Part shown: in pieces, positions 41,039 through 50,526 of the stretch
Layout of the letters: every line of letters starts with the position of its first letter
Position numbering within the stretch: the stretch's first letter is position 1
Source: Bacillales bacterium UBA6877
GTDB taxonomy: Bacteria; Bacillota_I; Bacilli_A; RFN20; CAG-826
Assembly: GCA_002451465.1 (NCBI GenBank)
Contig: DKCJ01000003.1
Coordinates: forward strand, 530 to 64,529
Length of the DNA: 64,000 bases
Direction: 5' to 3'
The notes under the pieces: model-generated
Seen by the model: the letters and a program-made list of their open reading frames with translations, nothing else
Databases searched by the model: none
What the model was told of the DNA's origin: nothing
Program-made: the position numbers and the translations under genes

Positions 41039-41764
41039 TTATATCGTCTTTAATAGTTCATAACTATTTAATTTAATGTCTAAACTTTGAGATAAAAATA
41101 TTACCAAAACCTTCATCAAATCGAGAAAACTATCTTTATTCAAATTTAGATATTCGATATTATTAGAGCAAAAGCAATCTTTTAAAAATAGTATCTCATC
41201 CTTTTTTAAAACAAGTAAATTTTCGTTATTGTTATATTTGTTGTAAACTACACAACCATTCACAAGGTCAACACCAAAAAATTCATTTTCATTAGTTTTA
41301 TCAAATAATGAACACTTATCAAAATTTAAAGCCAAGCCATTGATTTTTAGTAAATCAACAAAATATTTAATTGTTAAAGAATAAATGTTTATTTTTTTAG
41401 GCAAACTCTTTAATAAATTCAATAAAAGATCAAAATATTCATCAGTTGAAAACGAATTTAATATCATTTTATTTGTTATCTCAACTAAAAAATCAAATAT
41501 CATTAAATCTTCATATGAGCGAAAATATTCACTAAAATATTCAAAAACATTACAATCTCTTAACTTAAGACCGCTTGTGGGTCCTTGATACAAATCAAAC
41601 TCCCCATAAATAAAATATTTATTTAAACAACTAGTCTTGTTATTAAGCTTTAATGAACCCCTGCCTAAAACAGAAAACAATTTGTCTTTTGTTAAAATAC
41701 TAAAAATACAATCATTATTCTTGTATTTTGAAATATTAATTATGATTCCATTAACTTTCAACAT
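41039..41764 (-). CDS. recO: DNA repair protein RecO.
   Basis: N-terminal OB-fold pattern MLKVNGIIINISKYKNNDCIFSILTKDKLFSVLGRGS. era-recO-glyQS synteny. Confidence 0.7.
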   Translation of the reverse strand: MLKVNGIIINISKYKNNDCIFSILTKDKLFSVLGRGSLKLNNKTSCLNKYFIYGEFDLYQGPTSGLKLRDCNVFEYFSEYFRSYEDLMIFDFLVEITNKMILNSFSTDEYFDLLLNLLKSLPKKINIYSLTIKYFVDLLKINGLALNFDKCSLFDKTNENEFFGVDLVNGCVVYNKYNNNENLLVLKKDEILFLKDCFCSNNIEYLNLNKDSFLDLMKVLVIFLSQSLDIKLNSYELLKTI

Positions 41765-42639
41765 TATTTCTTATAACCTAAATCTACTAAATAATTACTA
41801 GAATTACGCCAATCTTCAACTACTCTTACGACTATATTTAAAATAACATGCTTTTTTGTAATTTTTTCAATATCTTCCCTAGCTGTTGTTCCAATTTTCT
41901 TAATCATTCTTCCCTTGCTACCAATAATGATTCCTTTTTGTGATTCTTTTTCACAAATAATTCGACATTCTATAGTAATATTCTTAGATAAATTTTTTAT
42001 ATCATCACAAATAACAGCGATCCCGTGTGGTACCTCATCCGACAAAAATTTAAGACATTTCTCTCTTATAATTTCTTTAACTTCCCATTTAAAATCTTTA
42101 TCTGTAATAACATTAACATCATAATATTGAGGACCTTCAGGTAAATTATCCTTGATTAATTGTATTAAATCTTTAATATTAAAACCTTTGATCGCTGATA
42201 ATTCGATTATTTTAGCATCACTAAAATGTTCTTTATATTTTAATTTTAATTTACTAATTAATTCAATATTAGTCAAATCTATCTTATTGAAAGCAATAAT
42301 TACTGGACAATCAAATTTTAAATGATCAAATAAAAATTGATCACCATCATTAAAGTCTTTTGAAGAATCAACCACAAAGACTGCTAAATCACAATTTCTT
42401 ATAGATGAATAAGCCATTTTATCAAGGGCAATACCAAGATCATTGTGTGGTTTATGAATTCCGGGTGTGTCTATAAAAATAATTTGTGATTCATCATCAT
42501 TATAAATACCTTGGATATTATCTCTTGTTGTTTGACTTTTATTAGTAACAATTGATATTTTATCACCTAAAATTTCATTCAAAATTGTTGATTTACCAAC
42601 ATTTGGCTTACCTACTAAAGCAACAAACCCAGACTTCAT
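41764..42639 (-). CDS. era: GTPase Era.
   Basis: GKPNVGKSTILN G1 motif and a C-terminal KH domain. 291 aa. Confidence 0.9.
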   Translation of the reverse strand: MKSGFVALVGKPNVGKSTILNEILGDKISIVTNKSQTTRDNIQGIYNDDESQIIFIDTPGIHKPHNDLGIALDKMAYSSIRNCDLAVFVVDSSKDFNDGDQFLFDHLKFDCPVIIAFNKIDLTNIELISKLKLKYKEHFSDAKIIELSAIKGFNIKDLIQLIKDNLPEGPQYYDVNVITDKDFKWEVKEIIREKCLKFLSDEVPHGIAVICDDIKNLSKNITIECRIICEKESQKGIIIGSKGRMIKKIGTTAREDIEKITKKHVILNIVVRVVEDWRNSSNYLVDLGYKK

Positions 42640-43040
42640 AAGTTCATATCATCCTCTTCAAATGAATATGGAAGTAATTCTTCTATAGATGTTGTTTTTA
42701 TTTCCCCAAAAGTATTAGCTAAATAAATAGGCTTATTCTTAGGAAATAATTCACTTAACACTTGTCTACATTGACCACATGGTGAAACTGGTCTATTACA
42801 TTTTGCAACAATAGCTAAAGCCTCTATATCATCAATAGTAACACCATGCATATAAGCATTATAAATTGCATTTCTTTCACCGCACATAGTACAACCATAT
42901 GCAGCATTTTCTATATTAGCACCTTGATAAACTTTGCCATTTTTGGTTAAAAGTGCGGCTCCAACTCTAAAATTTGAATAAGGTACATAAGCCAATTTCA
43001 TTGCATCAATCGCATATTTTACAAGTTCTTCTTTATCCAT
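42636..43040 (-). CDS. cdd: Cytidine deaminase.
   Basis: CAERNAI-like CGERNAI and PCGQCRQVL zinc motifs. The stop TGA overlaps the era ATG. Confidence 0.85.
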   Translation of the reverse strand: MDKEELVKYAIDAMKLAYVPYSNFRVGAALLTKNGKVYQGANIENAAYGCTMCGERNAIYNAYMHGVTIDDIEALAIVAKCNRPVSPCGQCRQVLSELFPKNKPIYLANTFGEIKTTSIEELLPYSFEEDDMNL

Positions 43041-43043
43041 ACA

Positions 43044-43493
43044 TTATTTCCTCATTAAAATTTTCTCTTGAAGAGGAAACATAACATCTTCCTCTTCTTT
43101 TGTAAGATGATTGTAACCAAATAAATGAAGTAATCCATGAACAAATAAAAAGCAAAGTTCACGATTGATTGTATTTCCATACTTCAATGCATTTTCATAA
43201 GCAACATCATAACAAATATAAATATCACCCAAATCAACAGGTACGTCACCATGAATAACTTCTTTTAAATCATCAAGGTAAGCAAAAGAAATTACATCAG
43301 TTGGCCTATCGATATTTCGATACATTCGATTAATTTCATGAATTTTTTCTTTTGTTACAAAAGTAACACTGCAAATATAATTATCTTTTTTATTTAATTC
43401 CAAGAGTGTGTTTTTAAAAATTTCAATAAACTTCTCATAATAAATATTAAGATCTATATTCGTTTCATTACTAAAATCTAATTCCATATGCAT
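43044..43493 (-). CDS. ybeY: Endoribonuclease YbeY.
   Basis: HGLLHLFGYNH zinc motif. 149 aa. Confidence 0.85.
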   Translation of the reverse strand: MHMELDFSNETNIDLNIYYEKFIEIFKNTLLELNKKDNYICSVTFVTKEKIHEINRMYRNIDRPTDVISFAYLDDLKEVIHGDVPVDLGDIYICYDVAYENALKYGNTINRELCFLFVHGLLHLFGYNHLTKEEEDVMFPLQEKILMRK

Positions 43494-43506
43494 GTATTAT
43501 ACAATA

Positions 43507-44721
43507 TTAATTTCCGAAATAATACAAATAAAGGGCTTTATATTTCTTATAATCTTCATAATTTTTACTAAAATTAATGATTTTTTCAAAATTATCATTT
43601 ATATAAAGATAGAAAAAGAAATGAAAAAGCATAAAATTTAAAGAATTTACATCGCTTAAGTTTACATACAATAAAGATAATGCAATAATTGCGAATACCA
43701 TAACATATTTTTTAAAATTACAATAAGATACATAACTATACGTTTCTTTATTTAATAAGTTTATTTTTTCAATAAATTTATCCGCTGAAATCTTATTATC
43801 ATTATTAAGGTCGCTTTCTAAAGTGTTAATTCTATCTTGTTTTGATTCATAAATTCTTTTTTCAAATATATTAAATAATATTTGCAATAAAAGTATTATT
43901 CCAATAGAAATTAGATTATAAAAACTATTAAGTCCTAAGACCACTACCCCAAATGCTGTCATCATTATTAATGATAAAAGTTGAACTGGATTAGAAATAG
44001 ATAAAACCTTTAATTTAGTAAGATCGGAATAACGTGATTTAAAATTATTCTGATTAAAAACTTTTTTATTAACATTTAATAACTTATCAAATTTTTTCAT
44101 TGATACTATCAACATTTTCCGATAAATAAATTCAAAAAATATGTAGGAAAAAAATAAACTTAAAGACCAATAAAATGCTTTTCCGCCATCTATAAAATAC
44201 AAAGCTAATATCAATGAAGAAAAACTTAAAATCTGAAAAAATACTGTAAAAAATGTAAGATACAATGGAATAAATCGCTTAAATTTTAGTTTAAAATCTG
44301 AACCTTTTATGTTTGTTACTTCTAAATATTCTCCATTCCAACATTCCAACAATTTCTTTTTGCTTAAAAAATAGATTCCAGAAGCTGGATCTTGAATTAA
44401 ACATCGATGTTTATTAATTCTTTTGACAACAACCATATGAAGAAAATTACCTTTTGTTATAGGTAATAATAAAGGGGTTTTAGTTTTTTTAGAAAAGAGC
44501 TCTTCTTTGTCTATTAATCGATATGCCGACAAAATAAGTCCTTCCTTTCTTGCAAAAATCATTAAATCCCTTAATGAAGCACTCATATCAATTGATGGTT
44601 CGTTTAAATAAAGAAAATCTTTTCTTTTATATGACATCCCTAAAACCATTTTAATGCAAGCATAACCACAATCTTTATTTCCTAACTGCTTTATAAAATA
44701 TGCCATAAATAACCTCCTCAT
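43507..44721 (-). CDS. C39-family (bacteriocin-processing, papain-like) peptidase domain fused to a polytopic membrane domain. No ABC ATPase domain.
   Basis: The N-terminus reads QLGNKDCGYACIKMVLG, which is a Q...C pair. Then comes NFLHMVVVKRINKHRCLIQDPASG with the catalytic His and DP. After that there are about 6 TM segments. 404 aa. Confidence 0.5.
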   Translation of the reverse strand: MRRLFMAYFIKQLGNKDCGYACIKMVLGMSYKRKDFLYLNEPSIDMSASLRDLMIFARKEGLILSAYRLIDKEELFSKKTKTPLLLPITKGNFLHMVVVKRINKHRCLIQDPASGIYFLSKKKLLECWNGEYLEVTNIKGSDFKLKFKRFIPLYLTFFTVFFQILSFSSLILALYFIDGGKAFYWSLSLFFSYIFFEFIYRKMLIVSMKKFDKLLNVNKKVFNQNNFKSRYSDLTKLKVLSISNPVQLLSLIMMTAFGVVVLGLNSFYNLISIGIILLLQILFNIFEKRIYESKQDRINTLESDLNNDNKISADKFIEKINLLNKETYSYVSYCNFKKYVMVFAIIALSLLYVNLSDVNSLNFMLFHFFFYLYINDNFEKIINFSKNYEDYKKYKALYLYYFGN

Positions 44722-44760
44722 ATATTAATATGTGGGGAATTTGAAAAAATTACGATTTTT

Positions 44761-44799
44761 TTATTAAAAAAGCCTTGATATTTTGAAATAATCAAGGCT
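44761..44799 (-). terminator. Rho-independent terminator after rpsU.
   Basis: agccttgat / atcaaggct 9-bp stem with an 11-nt loop, followed on the minus strand by TTTTTAATAA. Confidence 0.5.
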
Positions 44800-44822
44800 A
44801 ATTAATAAAAATAAAAGGCAAA

Positions 44823-44996
44823 CTATCTATATTTTTTTCTCGCGTTTTCGCTCTTAACTTTACGAGCTAAATTTTTCTTTAAATAAAATTCTCTTTTACG
44901 ACATTCTTGGATTGTTCCAGCTTTATTAACATTTCGCTTAAATCTACGTAAAGCTTCATCTAAAGTTTCACCATCTCTAACTACAACTTTTAACAT
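44823..44996 (-). CDS. rpsU: 30S ribosomal protein S21.
   Basis: The region from [21 protein letters not shown] to RKREFY, about 57 aa from the internal Met. A strong RBS ggaggtga lies upstream of 44996. The ORF-track start at 45023 is less likely. Confidence 0.85.
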   Translation of the reverse strand: MLKVVVRDGETLDEALRRFKRNVNKAGTIQECRKREFYLKKNLARKVKSENARKKYR

Positions 44997-45060
44997 ATTT
45001 TTCACCTCCAATCTGTCCCGCAAACAATACTATACAATAATTAAATCTAATTTTAAAGAA

Positions 45061-45699
45061 TTATTTAATAAGATTCTTGCCGTGTGAAGCACCAATTCTA
45101 GTAGCTCCAGCTTCCACCATTTCTTTTAGTTCTTCAGGGGTTCTAATTCCACCTGCAGCTTTAACACCCATATCTGGACCAACTGTTTGACGCATTAATT
45201 TCACATCTTTCACTGTTGCTCCATGTTTTGAAAATCCGGTGGAAGTTTTTACAAAATCAGCTTTTGCTTCTTTAGAGAGCTTACAAGCTCTAACAATTTC
45301 TTCATCGCTTAATAAACAGCATTCAAGAATAACCTTTAATACACGATTGCCGCATGCCTCTTTAATACGAGAAATTTCATTTTTAACATATTCATCATGA
45401 TGATCTTTCAATTTAGAAATGTTGATGACCATATCAACTTCATCAGCGCCTTTTTTAATTGCATCAGCAGCTTCAAATACCTTACTTTCGGTGGTCATTG
45501 AACCTAAAGGAAAACCTATAACGGTACAAACTTTAACATTAGTTCCATTTAAAAGTTTTTTGCATAATTCAATATAATCAGGATTAACACATACAGAAGC
45601 ACTTCCAATCTCTTTAGCTTCGTTGCAAAGATCAACAATATCCGATTCTAAAGCATCAGCATGTAAGTTTGTATCATCAATTAAATTTGCATAATTCAT
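45061..45699 (-). CDS. deoC: Deoxyribose-phosphate aldolase.
   Basis: Schiff-base lysine context DFVKTSTGF and the VKAAGGIRT motif. A gaggag RBS lies before the internal Met MNYANL. Confidence 0.85.
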   Translation of the reverse strand: MNYANLIDDTNLHADALESDIVDLCNEAKEIGSASVCVNPDYIELCKKLLNGTNVKVCTVIGFPLGSMTTESKVFEAADAIKKGADEVDMVINISKLKDHHDEYVKNEISRIKEACGNRVLKVILECCLLSDEEIVRACKLSKEAKADFVKTSTGFSKHGATVKDVKLMRQTVGPDMGVKAAGGIRTPEELKEMVEAGATRIGASHGKNLIK

Positions 45700-45740
45700 A
45701 TTTTTACTCCTCATTTAAAAGAAAAAATAAGCCAAAAGGC

Positions 45741-45932
45741 TTACTTTTTCTCATCTTTATTAACTTTAATAACTTGTTTGCCATCATAATAACCGCAATA
45801 TGGACAAACAGTATGAGATTTAATTGTTTGTCCACAATTTGAACAAACACTTAAGCCACTAACATTTAATTTATAATGACTTCTTCTCATTCTTTTAGTT
45901 GTTTTACTAGTTCTTCTAAATGGTACTGCCAT
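45741..45932 (-). CDS. rpmF: 50S ribosomal protein L32.
   Basis: [19 protein letters not shown], then the zinc ribbon CSNCGQ...CPYCG. 63 aa. Confidence 0.85.
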   Translation of the reverse strand: MAVPFRRTSKTTKRMRRSHYKLNVSGLSVCSNCGQTIKSHTVCPYCGYYDGKQVIKVNKDEKK

Positions 45933-46063
45933 AATTAATCTCCTCTTTAAACATACATTATTATAAAGAAATAAAATCTATAATAAATATTTATTTGATA
46001 ATATCCAATTTTTAATGAATAATTACGATACAATCGACAATATTTTTTTTAACATTGTCAAAA

Positions 46064-47332
46064 TCATAAACCAAATTTAATATTTTTAACTTTCCCAATA
46101 AGATCCTCAGTTGAAGGATAATATATTTCTAAATAATTTGAAGAATGTCCTCTATACGCTTTTCTTTTTTTATCATAATTTTCAAAGAGAAAAGGAATAT
46201 CCTTACCAACAAATTGTTTTTCATAATCATATTTCATTTTTTCAGATAATGATATTAAAGATAAAACCCTAGATTTTTTATCAAATGAACTAACTTTTGG
46301 AGTAATTTTACTAGCAACAGTTCCACTTCTATCACTATAGGGGAAAACATGAATTTTTGAAAAATTAATTTCTTTACAAAAATTAAATGTTTCTAAAAAA
46401 TTTTCTTCAGTTTCAGTTGGAAAACCAACGATCACATCCGTCGTAATTGCAATATTTGGTCTTACTTCTCTAATTTTCGCTATCTTTTCTTTATAATTAC
46501 TAAGATTATATTTTCGATTCATTTTCTTCAAAATATCTTTAGAACCTGATTGAAGAGGAATATGTAAATGATTAGCAATATTTTTATATTCTTTTAAAAG
46601 AGTAATAAAATGCTCATCAATTTGAGATTCTTCAATCGATGAAATTCTTAATCTATAAAGATCAGGGTTTTGTTTTAAAATATCTTCTAATAAATCACTA
46701 AAAGTAATATTTCCTTCTAAATCTTTACCATAACTGCACATATCAATTCCAGTTAAAACAATCTCTTTATAATTATTTTTCACTAGTTCTTTAATCTCAT
46801 TTAATATATCTTGCTTATCTCTACTTCTAGATCTTCCTCTAACATATGGAATTAAACAATAAGAACAAAAATTGTCACACCCATCTTGTATTTTTACATA
46901 TGCCCTAGTATTGTAGAAAAACTTTTGAATAGAAATATTTTCATATTCTTTAGCTTTTCTTAAGTCTTCTTTTACAACAATTTGTTTTCCATTCGCTAGA
47001 TATTCTTTTATATATTCAACTACTTTATTACGATCAACAGTTCCAAGAACTATTGAGCACTTAAGTTCGTTAGCATAATAATCAAATTCATTTTGAACAT
47101 CGCATCCCATAACAACAATAATTGCTTTTCGATTAAAAAGTTGATAATGTCTAACCATCTTCCGTGATTTTGATGCACTTGTTTCTGTTACACTACAAGT
47201 ATTAACAATGATAATATCTGGTTTGGCTTTTTTATCACATAATGTAAAACCTAATTTTGTTAGATCATTTGCTATACATTCAACTTCATAGTTGTTAACT
47301 TTGCAGCCAAGAAAATCAATTATAAAATTCAT
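46064..47332 (-). CDS. mtaB: Radical-SAM methylthiotransferase, MtaB/YqeV-like (MiaB family).
   Basis: The N-terminal UPF0004 domain has conserved Cys. CDNFCSYC is the radical-SAM motif. A TRAM-like C-terminus follows. It sits at the end of the dnaK-dnaJ-rsmE operon, as yqeV does. Confidence 0.75.
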   Translation of the reverse strand: MNFIIDFLGCKVNNYEVECIANDLTKLGFTLCDKKAKPDIIIVNTCSVTETSASKSRKMVRHYQLFNRKAIIVVMGCDVQNEFDYYANELKCSIVLGTVDRNKVVEYIKEYLANGKQIVVKEDLRKAKEYENISIQKFFYNTRAYVKIQDGCDNFCSYCLIPYVRGRSRSRDKQDILNEIKELVKNNYKEIVLTGIDMCSYGKDLEGNITFSDLLEDILKQNPDLYRLRISSIEESQIDEHFITLLKEYKNIANHLHIPLQSGSKDILKKMNRKYNLSNYKEKIAKIREVRPNIAITTDVIVGFPTETEENFLETFNFCKEINFSKIHVFPYSDRSGTVASKITPKVSSFDKKSRVLSLISLSEKMKYDYEKQFVGKDIPFLFENYDKKRKAYRGHSSNYLEIYYPSTEDLIGKVKNIKFGL

Positions 47333-48087
47333 AATTTTTTCTCCTTACATATTTTTGTAAAAACCTTATAAGAAATAAACTTATTTTTATATAAAAGGTA
47401 AATAAAATCAGTTAATTTCCCATCATAATATGCCTGGATCAAAGGCTTAATTCTTTCGACGATATGGCTATAATCTGGTTTTTTAATATTCTTATCAAAT
47501 AAATATATAGCATTGTCTAAACTGCCTTGTCTATTAATTATAAATATAGTATTAAAATCAAAATGATAAAAAGCAATAGTTGTTGTGCTTTCAGAAATCC
47601 TAACTAATTTCGTCGATAAAAAATTAAAAATATCCGCTCCATAAGTATTAAATGGATTAGTTAAAAACGCATCGTAATTCGAAACAAGATTAATATATGG
47701 CTCTCGAAACATCATCTCACTATTTACGGAATAAACAATATTTGTATTTAAATTAAAAAAAGGTATGTAAACTTTTACTTTATTTACTTTTAAATATGGT
47801 AAATCGATGATTCTATCTTTGATTTCTTGTTTAATTATTTCAACATTTTTTTCTTTGTTAGAGAAATACTCTTCTTCAATAACCTTATCAAGTAAATCTT
47901 TATTCTTAATACCATTTATAATTATATTGGCGCATATAACATCAAAAATATCATGAACATCAGCATATTTTTCAAACAAAGGATTGATAGATAGCAATGA
48001 TTTATTCGCATTAAAAAATTTATACTCTTCGCTATGATTAATCTTTTTCTTATTACATTCTTTTTCTAATATCTCAAATAATTTCAT
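47329..48087 (-). CDS. Hypothetical protein (252 aa) embedded between rsmE and mtaB. No recognisable motif.
   Basis: Intact ORF with 4-nt overlaps on both flanks, which indicates translational coupling. It has no SAM-binding GxGxG, so it is not PrmA. Confidence 0.5.
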   Translation of the reverse strand: MKLFEILEKECNKKKINHSEEYKFFNANKSLLSINPLFEKYADVHDIFDVICANIIINGIKNKDLLDKVIEEEYFSNKEKNVEIIKQEIKDRIIDLPYLKVNKVKVYIPFFNLNTNIVYSVNSEMMFREPYINLVSNYDAFLTNPFNTYGADIFNFLSTKLVRISESTTTIAFYHFDFNTIFIINRQGSLDNAIYLFDKNIKKPDYSHIVERIKPLIQAYYDGKLTDFIYLLYKNKFISYKVFTKICKEKKL

Positions 48088-48803
48088 AAATTAGCTTCCA
48101 TAAAAAAAGATATCAAACTTAACAAATATAAACAACTAGTTTCACTTCTTAGTATTCTTTTTCCTAAACTAATTGATTTAAAGTTGTTAGCTTCAGCATA
48201 TTCTACCTCTTCTTTAGAAAACCCTCCTTCTGAACCAACCAAAATATTTATTGTCTTACCATTTATATTTTTAAAATCATCATATAAAGATTTTAAAGGT
48301 TCCTTTGAGTTTTCATAAGCAATAAAAGATTTTTCAGCAAAATATTTATTAATATCCTTATATTCAATAATATCTGTAAGTTTCATAAGCTTATTTCTTT
48401 TAGATTGTTCGCTAGCTTCTTTAATAATTTTATTAAATCGCTCGATTTTATTCTTATAATCACTTTTATTAAATCTTCTAACGCATCTTGATGAATTTAC
48501 TAGAACTACTTCAGATGCACCGAGTTCAACAGCTTTTTGAATAACAAAATCTAATTTTTCACCTTTTGGTAAGCAATACAATAATCTAATATAACCATTA
48601 AGTTCGGGAGATTCTTCAATCTCTTTTACAATATTAAATGAAAATGGTTTAAAAGAGGTTATTTTTGCTAAATACACTTTATTTTCACAAACAATTTGAA
48701 ACTCTTCCCCAACTTTAGATCTCATCACCTTTTCAATATGAAAAATATCATCTTTATTTAAGATGATATTTTCACTAACCTTATACGCGAAATATCTTTG
48801 CAT
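48084..48803 (-). CDS. rsmE: 16S rRNA (uracil1498-N3)-methyltransferase RsmE.
   Basis: PUA-like N-terminus and SPOUT C-terminus (ILVGSEGGFSKEE). 239 aa. Confidence 0.8.
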   Translation of the reverse strand: MQRYFAYKVSENIILNKDDIFHIEKVMRSKVGEEFQIVCENKVYLAKITSFKPFSFNIVKEIEESPELNGYIRLLYCLPKGEKLDFVIQKAVELGASEVVLVNSSRCVRRFNKSDYKNKIERFNKIIKEASEQSKRNKLMKLTDIIEYKDINKYFAEKSFIAYENSKEPLKSLYDDFKNINGKTINILVGSEGGFSKEEVEYAEANNFKSISLGKRILRSETSCLYLLSLISFFMEANL

Positions 48804-49255
48804 TACTTTAAAAAAGCTCCACTCGAATCTTTCTTATTATTAATAAATAAGAAAATCAAACCAACAATAAACCAAATACCAAACAAAATAATCAAAGGTA
48901 ACAAGAAAATATATAAAGGTTTAACTAACACTTTCGTTAAATAGAATGTTACCATCAAAATAATGTAAACAATTACATTACAAATCAAACGAATTAAAAA
49001 TCTATTACGGTATCCAAGATATAATTCATCTAAACCAAAAATACCTAAAAACATACATAATAGCGAATTAGTTATTTTCTTTTTTGGTTTATAATTAACT
49101 CTAGATTCATCAGATGGATTCACTGTTTTTATAGATTCAGTAATATCAGTAGTTTGTGGATTATTTTCATCAATTGGTCTTTTCCCACCACAATATGGGC
49201 AAATTTCTTTATCAAATTTAGTTATAGATTGACCACAATATTTACATTTAGGCAT
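48803..49255 (-). CDS. Zinc-ribbon plus TM2-domain membrane protein.
   Basis: CKYCGQ...CPYCGG zinc ribbon. The TM2 signature LCMFLGIFGLDELYLGY is followed by further TM helices. Confidence 0.55.
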   Translation of the reverse strand: MPKCKYCGQSITKFDKEICPYCGGKRPIDENNPQTTDITESIKTVNPSDESRVNYKPKKKITNSLLCMFLGIFGLDELYLGYRNRFLIRLICNVIVYIILMVTFYLTKVLVKPLYIFLLPLIILFGIWFIVGLIFLFINNKKDSSGAFLK

Positions 49256-49311
49256 ACTTAAACTTCCCATATAAATATTACTACATTAAACAAAACAAAA
49301 GTAGACAAAAA

Positions 49312-50457
49312 TTATTTTTTAAATGCCTTTTTAAATTTATCAAACCAGCTTTCTTTACCCTTGCTTGCTTCTTTAAAGCTTTCAAGAGCAGCCTTTTGAT
49401 CTTTATTCAAATCTGTAGGAGTTTTAACATTAAGATGAACATATTCATCACCATAACTACTGCCTCTCACATTTTTAACGCCTTTTCCTTTAAGTTTAAA
49501 CACTTGATTTGGTTGAGTCCCAGCAGGAACTTTCATTTCTACATCGCCATAAATTGTTGGCACACTTATAGTAGTTCCAAGGCAAACATCGATAAAATCA
49601 ATTGGTAATGTCAAATGAATATCATCACCTTCACGTTCAAAACTCTTATGTGGTGCAACAACCATCTCCAAATAAAGATCTCCATTTGGACCACCATTTA
49701 AGCCACGTCCACCTTTTCCAGGAATTCTTATTTGTTGACCATTATTAATCCCTTGAGGAATCTTAACCTCAATGGTCTTTTTAACACGTGTATATCCTTT
49801 TCCGCCACAATATGAACAAGATTTCGTAACGATTTTACCTGTAGCATGGCATTTTGGACATGCATGTTGAGATTGCATGATACCAAAAATTGTTCTTTGT
49901 TGTGTTACAACATATCCTTTTCCGCCACAGTCTGGGCAAGTTTCAAAAGATGTACCGTTTTCAGCGCCCGTTCCATTACAATGTTCGCAAACTTCATCAT
50001 AACTTATTGGTAAATCAATAGTTGTACCAAGACATGCATCAATAAAAGAAATCTTAATTCTCATCAAACTATCATCACCACGAACTTTTCCACTTTGTGA
50101 AGCACGAGAACCACGTCTCCCACCAAAGCCAAACATAGAACTCAATATATCATCTAAATCTGTAAAGTTTCCTGAATTAAAATTAAAACCCTCAAAACCA
50201 CTTCCAGCAAATGGATTAGATCCACCGGCGGTTTGATCAAATGCAGCACTACCAAATTGGTCATATGTTTTTCTCTTTTGAGGATCACTTAAAACACTAT
50301 AAGCTTCACTGCACTCTTTAAATTTTTCAGCATCGCCTGTTTCTTTATTATCAGGGTGATATTTATGAGCTAACTTTCTATAAGCAGATTTAATTTCATC
50401 ATCAGTCGCAGTTTTCTCAACGCCTAATATCTCATAATAATCTTTTTTTTCTGCCAT
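49312..50457 (-). CDS. dnaJ: Chaperone DnaJ.
   Basis: J-domain with HPD, G/F region, four CxxCxGxG repeats. 381 aa. Confidence 0.9.
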   Translation of the reverse strand: MAEKKDYYEILGVEKTATDDEIKSAYRKLAHKYHPDNKETGDAEKFKECSEAYSVLSDPQKRKTYDQFGSAAFDQTAGGSNPFAGSGFEGFNFNSGNFTDLDDILSSMFGFGGRRGSRASQSGKVRGDDSLMRIKISFIDACLGTTIDLPISYDEVCEHCNGTGAENGTSFETCPDCGGKGYVVTQQRTIFGIMQSQHACPKCHATGKIVTKSCSYCGGKGYTRVKKTIEVKIPQGINNGQQIRIPGKGGRGLNGGPNGDLYLEMVVAPHKSFEREGDDIHLTLPIDFIDVCLGTTISVPTIYGDVEMKVPAGTQPNQVFKLKGKGVKNVRGSSYGDEYVHLNVKTPTDLNKDQKAALESFKEASKGKESWFDKFKKAFKK

Positions 50458-50526
50458 ATTTAATCTCCTTTAGATAATAGTAAAGGGAAGTTTCTACCTT
50501 CCCTTTACTAAAATTCAACTAATAAT

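Noticed and set aside
45933-46063. Inverted repeat GACAAT-N12-ATTGTC and an ATTACGA half-site upstream of rpmF, considered as a possible Zur box regulating the L32 gene.
   Set aside because: Only one half-site matches the Bacillus Zur consensus TCGTAATnATTACGA. The encoded L32 is the Cys-containing Zn-ribbon form, not the Zur-regulated C-minus paralog.
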